Notes: generated from the letters alone by a model not told the origin. Shown: positions 36,963 through 50,311, counted from the whole stretch's first letter. The stretch: 63,370 nt of DNA, filler included, from Octopus bimaculoides (GCF_001194135.2; 4 parts of 3 records of this genome joined end to end with filler, not necessarily neighbours in it), one strand, 5' to 3'. A program made the numbers and translations.

Positions 36963-38714
36963 TTTATGAGAGTATATATGTATGATTGTTGACACACGCC
37001 CAGCCTGACATGTCACCTGGTTTCTCACCACCCCCTTGTCCTGTATCAGAATTAACTCTGTTCAAGTATTCAGACCAACTCTGCACACTCTCAAACTCTT
37101 CTTGACCCTCTTTACCTGCAGGCATAGAGCTGTAAATCTTTTCTTTGACCGGGCATCTACCACACGAATCCCATCTGTCTGTAATGAGCAATGGGATTCA
37201 GTGCTGGACTCATTATGATTAATGTCCATACTCACTCTTTAACTATTTATTTCTTTATGAAATTCTCTCCTTGTAACAATTGTTGGTCCATCAAACTTTC
37301 AGCTTTTGTGGGTTTAAATTGTTACTTGAAAGTTACTTCACTTCATCAAATGAATGGTCCAGTAAGTCTTATTAAAAGTATATTTAGAATAGACTTGGTC
37401 TTCCTTCCAGCACCTCACTTACCACCAGTAAAGCTCATTAACTGCTTTTCAATTGTGTTTTCTTACATTCTGTTCTCTATGTCTAACCTGATGTGAAATT
37501 GCTTGGATGATAAACCCTTTAGCATTTAAACCAGCCATATTCAGCCAAAACATTCTACCCGTTTTATATTCAAATGGCCAAATTCAACCTTTCTCACCTG
37601 TCATTTGAAAAATAGATAACCACCTCATCCAAATCTTGAGAAATATAAGTTTAAATCTCTCTGCAAATATGTTTCATTGGTTAATTCCAATTGCCACACT
37701 TTACTTTCTTGGAGAACAACAGGTGTGTTAGTCTTTCTAATGCTAAGTTGCCTTCTTGGCATATCTTTTCCAGGGTAAAATTTTAATCAAATTCGCATTA
37801 TAGAATTCTTTCCAAAGATTGTAATTTTTTTTAAATTCTTTTTTTTATAAATCACTAAAAATCTGATAGGATGATATGACTAATAAATAGTGTGGTGTGC
37901 AGGGCTTCAGGAGCTTTTTACTACCAAGGACAAATTGTTTGTGCATAAGAACCAATAGGGAGACATCTTATAATCAAGAAAATTTCTAACTCATAAATTT
38001 TACAAAATCATCTTTTATATTGAATTATCTAATAAAAAAAAAGAAAGAAAGGAAAAAAAAGAACATAGGTTTTAGAGATTTCTTCAGTGGTTTCAAATTT
38101 GAGTACTGTTGAGGGATTCTTTCCTCTGGTTTATTGTAATATTAGTGACTTTGAAAGAGGTTTTCCAGATCTCAATACATGATTTAGAATGAAAAGTGAT
38201 AATGTCAGTTTACTAGTCGTTTTATCAACACTTTTCATAAAACCAGCCATTTTATCAAAGGCTTTTTCTGTTCCTATCTAACATGAACCATACATACTCC
38301 TTTCATCTTCATTCCCAAACCCAACAGCCATACTAGTGCAGTTCCATAAAACTACTCATCTGAACAAATTTCCTGGACACTTTAACAATGTTTTGAAAGC
38401 AGATTTGGTTATGAAAGAAAGTCTTCGGAAAAAAAAAAACATATATATATGAGGGAAAGGCAACTCTTGAATTTAATCAGTTTTATCTTTATTGTTTTCT
38501 TTTGTTTTATATATTTTTAAATTGTTTTATAATTATTGTGGTACAGTGCTAAATCCATGGTCTGGTTTCAAACTCCAAATGGATTACTTCACTTGTGCCT
38601 AATGATATTTGGAAATACTTGAACATCACAACACCACATATTTTCCTCTAAAGATATTTTGTTTCATGCTAAGTATGATTGTATTGCAATTATTATTATT
38701 ATTATTATTATTAA

Positions 38715-38927
38715 GACAGTGAGCTAGCAGAATTGTTAGCATGCTGGATGAAATACTTAGCGGTATTTCGCCCATCGCTGCATTCTGAGTTCAAATTTCA
38801 CCGAGGTTGACTTTGCCTTTCATCCTCTCAGGGTTGATAAATTAAGTACCAGTAAAAAACTGAGGTCGATGTCATCAACTATACCCCTCCCCCAAATTAC
38901 AGGCCTCATACTTTTAGTAAAAAGGAT
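38715..38927 (+). mobile_element. SINE family A flanked on both sides by (ATT)n
   Basis: Full-length copy; (ATT)n at about 38690-38712 and 38927-38945. Confidence 0.9.
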
Positions 38928-39875
38928 TATTATTATTATTATTATATAATATTTTTAACTGGAGCTCCTTGGAACTGATGATTCAATAAATTAAGTCGTG
39001 ATTGTTCTTCAAATTCATATAGGTTTTAAACTTGTATATGAATCATTATTCAAATGATTCCCCTCCTACTTCTCAGTTGTAATCTTTTTTCTTATTTTTT
39101 CCTGATATTTATACACACACACACACACACACACACATATTTGATAGACTTTTTTCTAAATAGTTCTTTTTACTCTCCCCACCCCATCCATTTTGTATAT
39201 GATTGATATCATGAAAATCATTTGAAATCATTGATTCCAACTCACACACACACACACTTCATCCTTCTTCATTCCTAACTCACACATCCTCATTAATTAN
39301 NNNNNNNNNNNNNNNNNNNNNNNNNNNNNNNNNNNNNNNNNNNNNNNNNNNNNNNNNNNNNNNNNNNNNNNNNNNNNNNNNNNNNNNNNNNNNNNNNNNN
39401 NNNNNNNNNNNNNNNNNNNNNNNNNNNNNNNNNNNNNNNNNNNNNNNNNNNNNNNNNNNNNNNNNNNNNNNNNNNNNNNNNNNNNNNNNNNNNNNNNNNN
39501 NNNNNNNNNNNNNNNNNNNNNNNNNNNNNNNNNNNNNNNNNNNNNNNNNNNNNNNNNNNNNNNNNNNNNNNNNNNNNNNNNNNNNNNNNNNNNNNNNNNN
39601 NNNNNNNNNNNNNNNNNNNNNNNNNNNNNNNNNNNNNNNNNNNNNNNNNNNNNNNNNNNNNNNNNNNNNNNNNNNNNNNNNNNNNNNNNNNNNNNNNNNN
39701 NNNNNNNNNNNNNNNNNNNNNNNNNNNNNNNNNNNNNNNNNNNNNNNNNNNNNNNNNNNNNNNNNNNNNNNNNNNNNNNNNNNNNCCATACAAAATATAT
39801 GAATAAACATACATGTATGCATGCATCCATATTCATTCCTACATACACACACCACACACACACATACGCACATAT

Positions 39876-39928
<53 letters not shown>

Positions 39929-40436
39929 TACATACACACACACATGGTGTGTGTATGCATGTGCTCATAATTTCCATGTATATATATGTGTGTGTATACC
40001 TTCTGTGTCTTAACTCTTGAAGTTGGTGGTAAAACAATAAAACATAAATAAAACATTAAAAAAAGGACATTGTATTGAATGAAATTTATTCCTTGAATGC
40101 TTTCAAAATTCATTAAAGATTTCCATTCCAGATCAAGAGTTATTTTTGAAAGATTTTGGTTCTGTTTTTCAGTTTGTGGTTCAATAAATACTAATTTGGT
40201 TGTACTTAATTAATTTGATATTACCAATTCTTGAACATCTGAACATTGTGCTAATAAAAACTTAGCTTATAAAAACATATGGGCTGACTAATTCTGGGGT
40301 TTCAGGGGAAAAGCAGATTGTTATTGTTAGGCTTGTTTCTTCACTCTTTCAACAGCTAATAGTCATATTCACCCAGTCACCCACTAAAAAAAAAAAATGA
40401 ATAAGTTCTATGTATAGAATGATTTTTAAAAAAATA

Positions 40437-40591
40437 AATATGGCCATGTGGTAAGAAGTTTGCATTCTAATCATTTGGTTCTGGGATTCAGTCCCACTGC
40501 ATGCTACCTTTGATAAGTGTCTTCTACTGCAGTTGTAAGCTAACCAAAGCCTTATAAGTGGATTTGGTAGACAATAACTAAAAGAAGTCTG

Positions 40592-40640
<49 letters not shown>
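40437..40640 (+). mobile_element. SINE family B head plus (TG)n
   Basis: TGGCCATGTGGTAAGAAG...GGATTCAGTCCCACTGC...CCAAAGCCTTATAAGTGGATTTGGTAGAC. Confidence 0.85.
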
Positions 40641-40642
<2 letters not shown>

Positions 40643-40653
40643 TATAATTAGGA

Positions 40654-42118
40654 AGAGTTAGCCTAGATGAGATACAGTTTGGATTTGTGCCAGGTAGAAG
40701 TACCATCAATGCTATATTACTGCTGAGGCAAATGCAGAAGTACTTGGTCAAAAATAAACATCTGTATTTGGTGTTTGTTGACGTAGAAAACCTTTGACAG
40801 GCTCCCCACTTCCTTATCTGATGGGCAATGTGAAAGCTAGGGATAGATGAGTGGTTAGTGAGAGCTGTATGAGCCATGTACAGGGATGCTGTTAGTAATG
40901 TGAGAGCCACTAACAAATATAGCAAGGAGCTTAGTGTACAAGCAGATGTCCACCAGGGATTAGTTCTTAGCCCCCCTCTTGCTTATCTTGATACTCCAAG
41001 CTATAGCAGAGGTATTTAAGATTGGCTTCCCTTGGTAGCTCCTCTATGCTGATAACCTTGTTCTTATCGTTGAATCACTACCAGAACTAGAGAAGAAATT
41101 CCAAGTATAGAAGCAAGGCCTGGAATCATAGGGCCTTAGAGTTAATTAAGCAATGGCTAAGGCCTTAAGTAGGGAAACAGACAAGTCCCAGCTCCCTTCA
41201 GGGAGATAGCCCTGCTCAGTATGTAGAAAAAGTGTCTGGAGAAACTCCATATGGTGTACCCAGTGCAAGCTATGAATACATAATAGGTGCAGTGGTATCA
41301 CAGAAAGACTAACTGAGAAAGTAGTCTTTACATGTGGAAGATGTGCAAGTACATTAAACAGCAGGAATGTACAAAGAATAGACTCCCTCAAATGTCAAGG
41401 GATCCTTAAAAATAGTAGACAGTTTCCATTACTTAGATAACCAAGTTAGCAGTGGTGGAGATTGTTCCAAAAGCATCGTTAGTAAAAGAATAGACTTGGC
41501 AAAGTTCAGAGAGCTACTACCTTTGTTAGTAATGAAGGGCTTCTCCCTCAGAGTGAAAGGCAAATTGTATGATGCCTATGTACAAACAGCTATGCTACAT
41601 TGACAGTGAAACATTGGCTGTGACTACTGAGGACATGTGAAGCCTTGAAAGATACAAAGCCAGTATGCTCTGCTGGATGGGCAATGTCAGTATGCATATA
41701 TAACAGTGCAAGTAATTTGAGAGAAAAACTGGGTATACGAGGCATTAAATGTAGTGTACAAGAGAGAAGATTGTGCTAGTATGATCATGTAATGCATACA
41801 GATGAAGACAGTTGCGTGAAGAAGTGCCAAGCTCTGTGGAAGGGGTAGACCCAGGAAGACGTGGGACAAAGTGGTGAGAAATGATCTTCAGATGTTGGGC
41901 TTCGTTGAAGGTATGACAGGACCAAGACTTTTGGTGGTCTGCTGTGCTTGAGAAGATATATCAAGCTAAGTAAATATGGGGTCATCCTTGCATACACGCA
42001 TGTCCCTTGCATCCCTCTTCATCTGAGCGTTTCTAATCTTGTGGGTTCATGGGTATTAGTGCCATGCCAAAGCCCCAAGTACACTCTGTAAAGTGGTTGG
42101 CATTAGGAAGGGCATCTT
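40654..42118 (+). mobile_element. RTE-1/BovB-like LINE, 5'-truncated and inactive
   Basis: VSLDEIQFGFVPGRSTINAILLLRQMQ...LYLVFVD, LGIDEWLVRAV, HQGLVLSPLLL, LLYADNLVL, FHYLDNQ; CGA-to-TGA style stops; 3' UTR ends ...GGCATTAGGAAGGGCATC. Confidence 0.92.
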
Positions 42119-42129
42119 GTATATGGCTG

Positions 42130-42348
42130 TGTATCTTTCTGTTGTTCCCCCCACACACACACACCACTTGACAACTGGTGTTGGTTTGTTTACGTCTCTG
42201 TAACAGTAGTTTAGCATAAGAAATTGATAGAATATATACCAGACATTAGCAAAAAATAAGTATTGGGGTCGGGGTTTGTTTGACTAAATCCTTCAAAGCA
42301 GGGCCCCAGCATGGCTGCAGTGTAGTCATTGAAACAAGTAAATATAAA
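42130..42348 (+). mobile_element. SINE family B 3' module
   Basis: CACTTGACAACTGGTGTTGGTTTGTTTACGTC...CCAGCATGGCTGCAGTGTAGTCATTGAAACAAGTAAA. Confidence 0.8.
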
Positions 42349-42918
42349 AGGATATATTGTCGATATTTTTTTTAATAATTAATCAAACTTGGACCTAAAA
42401 TTTAGAAGGAAATACAAATGAATATATTTTTCAAAAATTAGAACTATATCATTGAGTGCCCAGTTTGGAAGATGACAATGTTGACTACAGCTGGTTGCAA
42501 ATGCTTTGAAAAGAATGAACGTGACTGCCATGAGCTATGAATAGATTGCTGTAAGACCATCAATTCCCACTTCAGAAGCATCCACTGAAAGAGATAAAGT
42601 TATCTCTGGTATTGGATGAGTCAATAAAGTAACTTTATATAACTAGTGTTTAGTAGTTGAAAACAGTTGTATTTCATAACAATTCCATAAACGGATGTTT
42701 TCTCAACGCGGTGCAAGATGAAATGTCTGTAAATATAAGTTAGAGTTAGAAATTCTTACAGTATCTGTAAAGGTGCAGGTAGCAGAAATTGTAAAATAGT
42801 TTCCACACTATCATGTGTGAGTTGTATCACACTTTTATCAGAAATGTGATATAAGACTATAAAAGATGAAACACTAAAAAACATTTAGTAGGATTAATTA
42901 CAACACTATTAGGATAAT

Positions 42919-45900
42919 TGTTGCGGCAAGAGTCGCCCCTGTGGGATTGGAAGAAAGGACTAGCCGAGCTCTTCTAAAGAGTAGCGTATTGGCTGAGACG
43001 AGAGGTCGTTGGGAGTTTGTATTTATTGGAGTGTTGTGTTTAGTGAAGTAATCTGAAGTACATCATGCGAAAACAGTTGTATATATCCCCGCTTCATGGA
43101 ATCTGTATATCCAACGGATAGAAGGATATAAAAGTGACGACGAGTTTAATCGAATCTTACGTCGGACATTAACATTTGCTTTTGGTACAAAATCAAAGAA
43201 AAATTAGTTAGCATGAAAGAATTATTAGCCTCCATGATGCAGTTGCAACAGTTACAACAGTAATTACAACAACAACAACAACAATACCAACAGTTGCTGG
43301 AATTAATGTTGAAGTCCAAAAATATTTGAAGTTCGTTCTCGCTAGACGGCATAGCAAACGCAATCGCAGAATTTACTTATAACCCAGAAGGTATTACTTT
43401 TTTTTAATATTTCCGAAAATATGAAATCTTCAAAGAGGAATGCAAAAATTGGACTGACAACGAAAAGATACGACTACTTTTAAGACAAGTATCCCCCTAC
43501 CAAATATGAAAAATACTGNNNNNNNNNNNNNNNNNNNNNNNNNNNNNNNNNNNNNNNNNNNNNNNNNNNNNNNNNNNNNNNNNNNNAAAAAAAAAAACAT
43601 GTGAAATTTGTTTCCATGAAACAAATTGTTCTTGAAAATTTTCAGTGAGAGAAGTTCCCTGTTCAACACTCGCTGGGAGTGTTTGAATTTAGTAAAAAAA
43701 GATGATGAAGATTTTGTCACCTATGCTGGAGTCGTCAGTCGAGAATGCGAAAAATTCAAATTAAAAGAATTAACCCCAGATATGTTCAAATGTCTAATTT
43801 TTGTTCAAGGGTTAACTGCAAGCAAATATGCAGACAAACGTGTCCGGATATTGACAAAATTAGAACAAGACCAGAATTTGACTCTGCAAGCAGTGGCAGA
43901 GGAATGTCAGAGAATTATTAATGAACGACACGACGCAAATAAAATTGAAAAGGATTACTCTCACATACATGCGTGTCGACCAGTAACGGATAAGGAAAAA
44001 GATAAACGAAGATCAAGACCCAATCCATGCTATGGCTGAAGAGGTCTACATTTTAAAAATAACTATCCGTTAAAAAATTTTTTGTTTTAACTGTCAAAAA
44101 ATCGGACATAAAAGATCACATTGCAGAATAAAAACGGTCGAACGAAGAAAGTTCTGGGAATGTTTTCACAACAGAAAGTCTAGGCGAGGCTCGCAAAAGA
44201 AAGTTTGTGTACATAAAAATAATAACTAGATACAGGCAGTGATATTGCAGTTATTAACACTGACACATGGAAAAATAGGAAAGCCTACATTAATAGAAAC
44301 TTCAAAAATTGCGAAAGGTGTCTCAGGTAAAAAAAATTACATTTTTGGGGTGAAATGATGACTGAAGTTACATTTTGGTATTAAACCTTGAAAGCAAAAT
44401 TTTTGTGTTAAATAATACAACAAACTTGTTCGGTACTGACTGGATGGAATTGTTTAATTTATGGGACCCCTCCATAAATCTATTCTGTAAAAATATAAAT
44501 GGTTTTTCGTCCAGGAAAAGCAAGTTGTTAGACGAATTAAGAGAAAAAGTAAAAAATATTTTTCCGAAAGTTCTGTCCGATAAATTAGGTCTGTGTACCA
44601 ATATAAAGGTATGTTTTCAAATAAAAGAAAACACCATACCAGTATTTAAATCAAAACGAATGGTACCCTTCGCAGCGATGAAGTAAGTCAATGAAGAACT
44701 AGAGAGACTAGAAAAAATTGGAGTTATCCAAAGAGTGGAATATTCTAAATGGGCAGCACCAGCTGTGTATATTACGAAAAACAATAATGATAAGAGTGTA
44801 TACTGATTTTTTCACTAGCTTAAACGAATGTCTTAAAACATGCCACTATCCTACTCCGAAAAGATATTTTTGCGAAATTAAATGGTGGCAAGATATTTTC
44901 TAAATCGGATCTCTCTGACACATACCTACAAATTAGAGTTGACGATGAATGCTCGAAATACCTAACAGTTAACACGCACAAAAGTCTGTATAAGTACAAC
45001 AGATTACCATTTGGTTTAAAAGTCACATCAGCGATTTTTCAACTGATTATGGGAGCAATGTTTGCGGGTTGTGAATTCGCAATACCATATCTGGATGATA
45101 TACTCATTAAAAGCGAACTCAGGGATCAACACGTTGACCACGTAAAATATGTATTTGAGAAAATTAAGGATTACAGCTTTACCTTGAGTGAAGAAAAGTG
45201 TGAATTTTCCTTGCCGGAAATAAGATATTTAAGACAAGTCATTGACAGAAATGGACGATGACCTGACCCGTCGAGAGCAGATGCAATTAAAAATATGCCT
45301 CTTCCGACTTAACAAGCATTTTTAGGACTGGCAAATTATTATCAAAATTATATCCCAAATATGCATAAGGTTAAGGCTCCACTGAATAATTTGCTGAAAA
45401 AAGATACGAAATGGAATTGGTCAGAAAACTGCCAAAAGGTGTTTGACAACATTTTAAAAATATTAATAGCTGATTTGTCATTAGTTCACTTCGATCCTGC
45501 AGCAGAGATTGTTGTAGCTTCAGACGTTTCTGACTACGGTATACGAGCACTAATGCTATATAAATATAAAGATGATAACATAAAGGCGGTGGTTCATGCC
45601 TCACGTTCTCTGATATCAGTAGAAAAAAGTTACGGTCAAATCTAAAAAGAAGCTCTAATGATCATTTTTGCCGTGAAAAAATTTCAGATTTTTGCACGGT
45701 AGAAGTTTACGGCTACCCACTGATCACCTTCCATTATTATCGATATTTGGGTCGAAAACAGGAATTCCTAACTATACCGCTAATAGGTTACAATGCTGGG
45801 TTACTATATTATTAAACTACGATTTCAAGATGGAGTATATGCCATCCAAGACTGATTTCAAAAAATGCGGAACTATTCGAAGATACTGTGACTGCCGCTT

Positions 45901-46870
45901 TGCGAGCAGAAATTAAAAAATTGTGTATAACGTTATTCGTGAACTGCCAGTTACGTTACCAGACATAAAATCAAAATCGGAGAACGATAAAGTCATTATA
46001 AAAATTAAACAAATACTAAAGGCTAAAGAAAATAAAAATATGCGCAACACAAATGGGAGCTATTTCTCACTGTGTGGCAATGCATTGATATATGCACAAA
46101 GAGTCGCACTAGCGTTTATTAAAGGAATTTCATATTAGTCACCCAGGGATTTCGAGAACGAAATAACTAATGAGAAGTTACGTGTATTGACCTACAATGG
46201 ACCGTGACATTGAAGGGTCGGTAAAATCCTGCAGAGATTGTGCCCTTGCAACCAAATAACTACCGGTAAAATTCCAACCGTGACCTAAAACTGACCAGGC
46301 TTCTTATAGATTTTGCTGGATCAGTAAATGGCACGTATTACCTGATTGTAGTAGATAGTTATACTAAGTGACCGGAAATATGTAGGTGTAGGAAATCAAC
46401 CTCTACGGTAGAAACAGAATTTCTTCATGAACTCTTTGCAAGATAGTGTGTCCCAGATAGCATAGTATCCGATAATAGTATACAGTTTACAGCGTATGAG
46501 TTTGAAAATTTTCGCAAAATGTACGCAATTGAACACATCTCTACTCTGCCATATCTCCTAAGATCAAACGGGCAAGCGGAACGGTTCGTGGATACATTTA
46601 AAAGAGCATTAAAGAAATCGAGAAACGAGCTAGTCGATGACATAACATTGACACAGTTCTTTAGAGTTTATATGATAACACCAAACTCAAATACCTGTTC
46701 AGGCAAGTCACCTTCAGAACTAATGTTTGCTCGAAAAATAAGGTCAGCTTTTGACAAGTTGTTACCAGTAAGAAAATCAAATAGGGAAAGCACTATAAAA
46801 ACGACAAAGTATTTTGATATCCGTGACAATATGTTTTTCAAAATATATAAAAATAGAAGAGAAGGCTTAG
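42919..46870 (+). mobile_element. Ty3/Gypsy LTR retrotransposon (K02A2.6/Mag-like), decayed gag-pol, 3' LTR absent
   Basis: Candidate LTR from TGTTGCGG (42919) and PBS-like TGACGACGAG (43135-43144); gag FSERSSLFNTRWECLNL, zinc knuckle CFNCQKIGHKRSHC, protease DTGSDIAVI, RT YLDDILI, RNase H ASDVSDYGI, integrase DFAG and SNGQAERFVDTFK; many stops and frameshifts. Confidence 0.93.
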
Positions 46871-46884
46871 TGACATTGTACTGA

Positions 46885-47608
46885 AACTGGAGAACAGCAA
46901 CGTTTGGAAGCCTGCATTATGCTACTTTCTCTCTCAAAAATAAATCATTTTTGAATCGAATTGTAACATTTGATGAGAAATAGATCCATTACAACAACCG
47001 TAAACGTTCAGCACAAAGGTTGGATAAAGATGAGCCACCAAAACACAGTCTAAAAAGCAAAATTCATCAAAAGAAGCTGATGGTGTGTGTTTGGTCGTCT
47101 GGCGCAGGTGTGATCCATTATGATTTCATTAAACCTGGTTCATCAATCACGGCCGAAGTATACTGCAGTCAATTAGACCAAATGATGCAGAAACTTACAA
47201 AAAAAAAAAACAGCCTAGACTAGTCACTCCTATTTTATTGCAAGACAACGCCAGACCACACATTGCAAAAAAGACACTGGCGAAACTACAGGAGTTGAAG
47301 TTGGAAGTTCTCCATCATCCACCATAATCACCTGATCTTGCCCTCACTGACTATCACTTCTTCCAGAATTTGGATAACTTCTTGATAGGAAAAAAATTTA
47401 ATTCCGACAAACCGTAAAACAGGCCTTCCAAGATTTTATTGACTCTAGATTGCCAAGCTTTTACAGTTCTGGGTTGGACAAGCTACCACTGAAATGGTAA
47501 AAGTGTATTGGCAATATGGATGCATACTTTGATGAATAAAACTATTCCTTGTATTTATAAAACATTACCAAAGATTTTTCTTTATTACAAATTTCATACT
47601 TGACGACG

Positions 47609-47612
<4 letters not shown>
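46885..47612 (+). mobile_element. mariner (DD34D) transposon, 3' two-thirds, inactive
   Basis: FLNRIVTFDEK*IHYNN, KLMVCVWSSGAGVIHYDF, LLQDNARPH and HPP*SPDLALTDYHFF; right TIR-like end ...AATTTCATACTTGACGACGATTA before (TA)n. Confidence 0.93.

Positions 47613-47679
<67 letters not shown>
47611..47679. repeat. (TA)n microsatellite
   Basis: Read directly. Confidence 0.95.
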
Positions 47680-47680
<1 letters not shown>

Positions 47681-47939
47681 GCGAGAGTTAGGGGTTGAGG
47701 GTTCAACCCACTAAGAGATAGTATCTATCCAATATACTGCTGGAAGGGTACCCAATTATTGCTACACTAGTGTTATACCAAGTGCAATAAATGGGAGCGG
47801 GTAAACGGGGGGGGGGTTACCCCAAATTTGTATATCAATTAGAAAATGGAGGACAATATGCTGAACCCAACTACTTGCAGACAGTGTATCCCGTTGAATT
47901 CATTAATTTAATTCATAGCTAAGGTGACAAAAAAAAAAG

Positions 47940-48460
47940 AAAAAACCCAAAGTACAGGTGTTTATGACAAACCATGTTATTTTGCCAACCGGGTTTACAG
48001 ATAGAAGTACAAAGTACATAAGGAACTAGAGAATGAACAGAAGTTTAATCTTACAGCTGTTTCGGCCTAGATGGTGTGCCCCATTCTATCCGAATAGTTC
48101 TTGCCGGAGTGATCATCGGATGAAATGTTGAAATGGGGTTACATGCCCGAACCGCTAGGCCTCTTCAGAGATTCACAAAGGGTTTCATAGACATATAGAG
48201 CAAGAGGTAAAAACAGAGGTGGAGTAGAAACCAGAACAAAACCAATAGCAAAAATAAGATTAAAATAAAAATTAAAAATAAAATAAAAATAAAAATAAAA
48301 ATAAAGGTACAACAGGAAAAGGATAATAATAATAATAAAAAATACATAAATGAAAAATGAAAGTGTAGCATATGGGACATGTAAAAATATATAAAAAAAA
48401 ATATATATATAAAAACCTTAAAAATACAAGGCACACAAAGAGCCTACAAACATTATAAAT
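47940..48460 (-). mobile_element. probable solo Penelope-like pseudo-LTR / non-autonomous ribozyme-bearing repeat
   Basis: Pyrimidine-rich minus-strand segment carrying a hammerhead; no RT or GIY-YIG remnant seen; boundaries approximate. Confidence 0.55.
48047..48173 (-). ncRNA. type I hammerhead ribozyme, core intact, long stem II extension
   Basis: Minus strand: AATCT-CTGAAGA-GGCCTAG-[84 nt]-CTAGGCC-GAAAC-AGCT-GTA-AGATT. Stem I is 5 bp, stem II is 7 bp perfect, stem III is the palindrome ACAGCTGT, and the cleavage triplet is GUA. Confidence 0.85.
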
Positions 48461-49221
48461 AGGTAGCTATAGACACTCCAATGCATATATATATGTGTGG
48501 GTTCATGTGCATAACCCTACTCGGATGTTCCCTTACTCCCATGTGTACATATACAAGTATTTATAAACATGCATTCCACCACATACGCGGTTTGTGGCAT
48601 CAGCGCTATTTGCCGTATCTAGAAAGCTGTAAGTGTTTTTTAGAAAGGAAGTTTTGCTGAGTGTGTGTGTATCATTTCTATATATTTTGCAAGGTTCTAT
48701 GTGGAAGTTCATTTTACACGAGTTATTAATGTTCTAGTAGCAATAACAGTGATGATGACGATGATGGTGACAACAACAACAACAATAACAACAACAACAA
48801 CAATAACAACAACAACAATAATATGCCAAACTTTCAAACTTTGCGGTGTAGGATNNNNNNNNNNACGCGTGCTATGTATATCTCCCCATACTCACACTCA
48901 TGTGTGTGTGTATGTATATACACATGCACGCGCGCAAGCACACATCTCTTAATTCAACTTTATACTCACGCTGAGGGGGTAAAGTTCTCAATGTAATGGC
49001 AATAGAATTAAATTGGTAGACTTTTAAGAAGACTACAAGCCGATAACCATAATAGTAATAATAAGGATAAATACATTCCCATATATACTCCCCTATACAC
49101 ATTATGTCCCCTCACATACACCCATACCTATTCATACATACATACATATATACACACACACACATATACATATATACACACACACACACACTCATACATA
49201 TACATGTATACACATACACAC

Positions 49222-49302
<81 letters not shown>

Positions 49303-49401
49303 NNNNNNNNNNNNNNNNNNNNNNNNNNNNNNNNNNNNNNNNNNNNTTAATTAATTAANNNNNNNNNNNNNNNNNNNNNNNNNNNNNNNNNNNNNNNNNN
49401 N
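49303..49401. other. artificial scaffold spacer N44-TTAATTAATTAA-N43
   Basis: Same linker as at 21291-21390. Confidence 0.85.
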
Positions 49402-49420
49402 NTATATATATATATATGTG

Positions 49421-49453
<33 letters not shown>

Positions 49454-50311
49454 ATGTATGTACGCACATATGAAGTAGGTATGTATCTAAGTATTTATGT
49501 ATCGGAGAAAGATGTGACATGCGTGCCTGGAATATGTTTGACATAATGTTTGACTTAAGGTTTGAAAAGAAGAATAACTCACAATGTTTGAAAAGCGACT
49601 GTTCGATCAGTGCTGACCAGAAATATGGAACAACATTTGTGATTAAACGATCTATGATTAGTGGATGGCGAACGTCAGCAGGTCTGAAGGGAGCGAAAAA
49701 TTATTAACGGTAATTTGACATTTTTCCCCCGTTTTGCGTGTGAAACCTTAAGCTACAGCTTTGCAATTCTCATTCTCTGAATAGGATAAGTATAAAAATA
49801 AAACATAAAACGAAAGCGTTGCCCGGAGTTGATCTGTATGTAGTATATTAACAAATGCTGTAGCTTATTTAATATAGACCTTACGATCTACTTAGCTCCG
49901 TCGTCTTTTGTACGCAATTTCACCTTTATTGTATGGGTGAAGTAGCATTAGTATGATTCATGTTTTTGAATTACGGTTCAATTCTGTGATTTATCCCTGA
50001 GCAACACTTCCAAACATTTCCTTTTCTTTCGAGTTTCCAGTTCTTCTGCTTCAACTTTCCATATCATTCGTCTTTTTCTTCTTTCATGTGTTACATTTAC
50101 TTTTATTGCGGCTAGTGTTGAAAGGAAACATTATATAAAGGCGGAATGTTTGCTGCCCTTTTTCTGATGTTCGCTATGTAGATTGTTCAGATTAAAAGAC
50201 ATATGCTCCAAACCACACAAGCGAATACTCAAAAGACCTTTGGTCTTATATATACTATTTGTTCTATATATATATTCCAGTTATTTTGTTCTCGCGCGTC
50301 TAGAGCATATG

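Noticed and set aside
38150-38360. Minus-strand frame MAVGFGNEDERSMYGSC*IGTEKAFDKMAGF...
   Set aside because: In-frame stop and no recognisable family; EKAFD alone is too short to call an RT.
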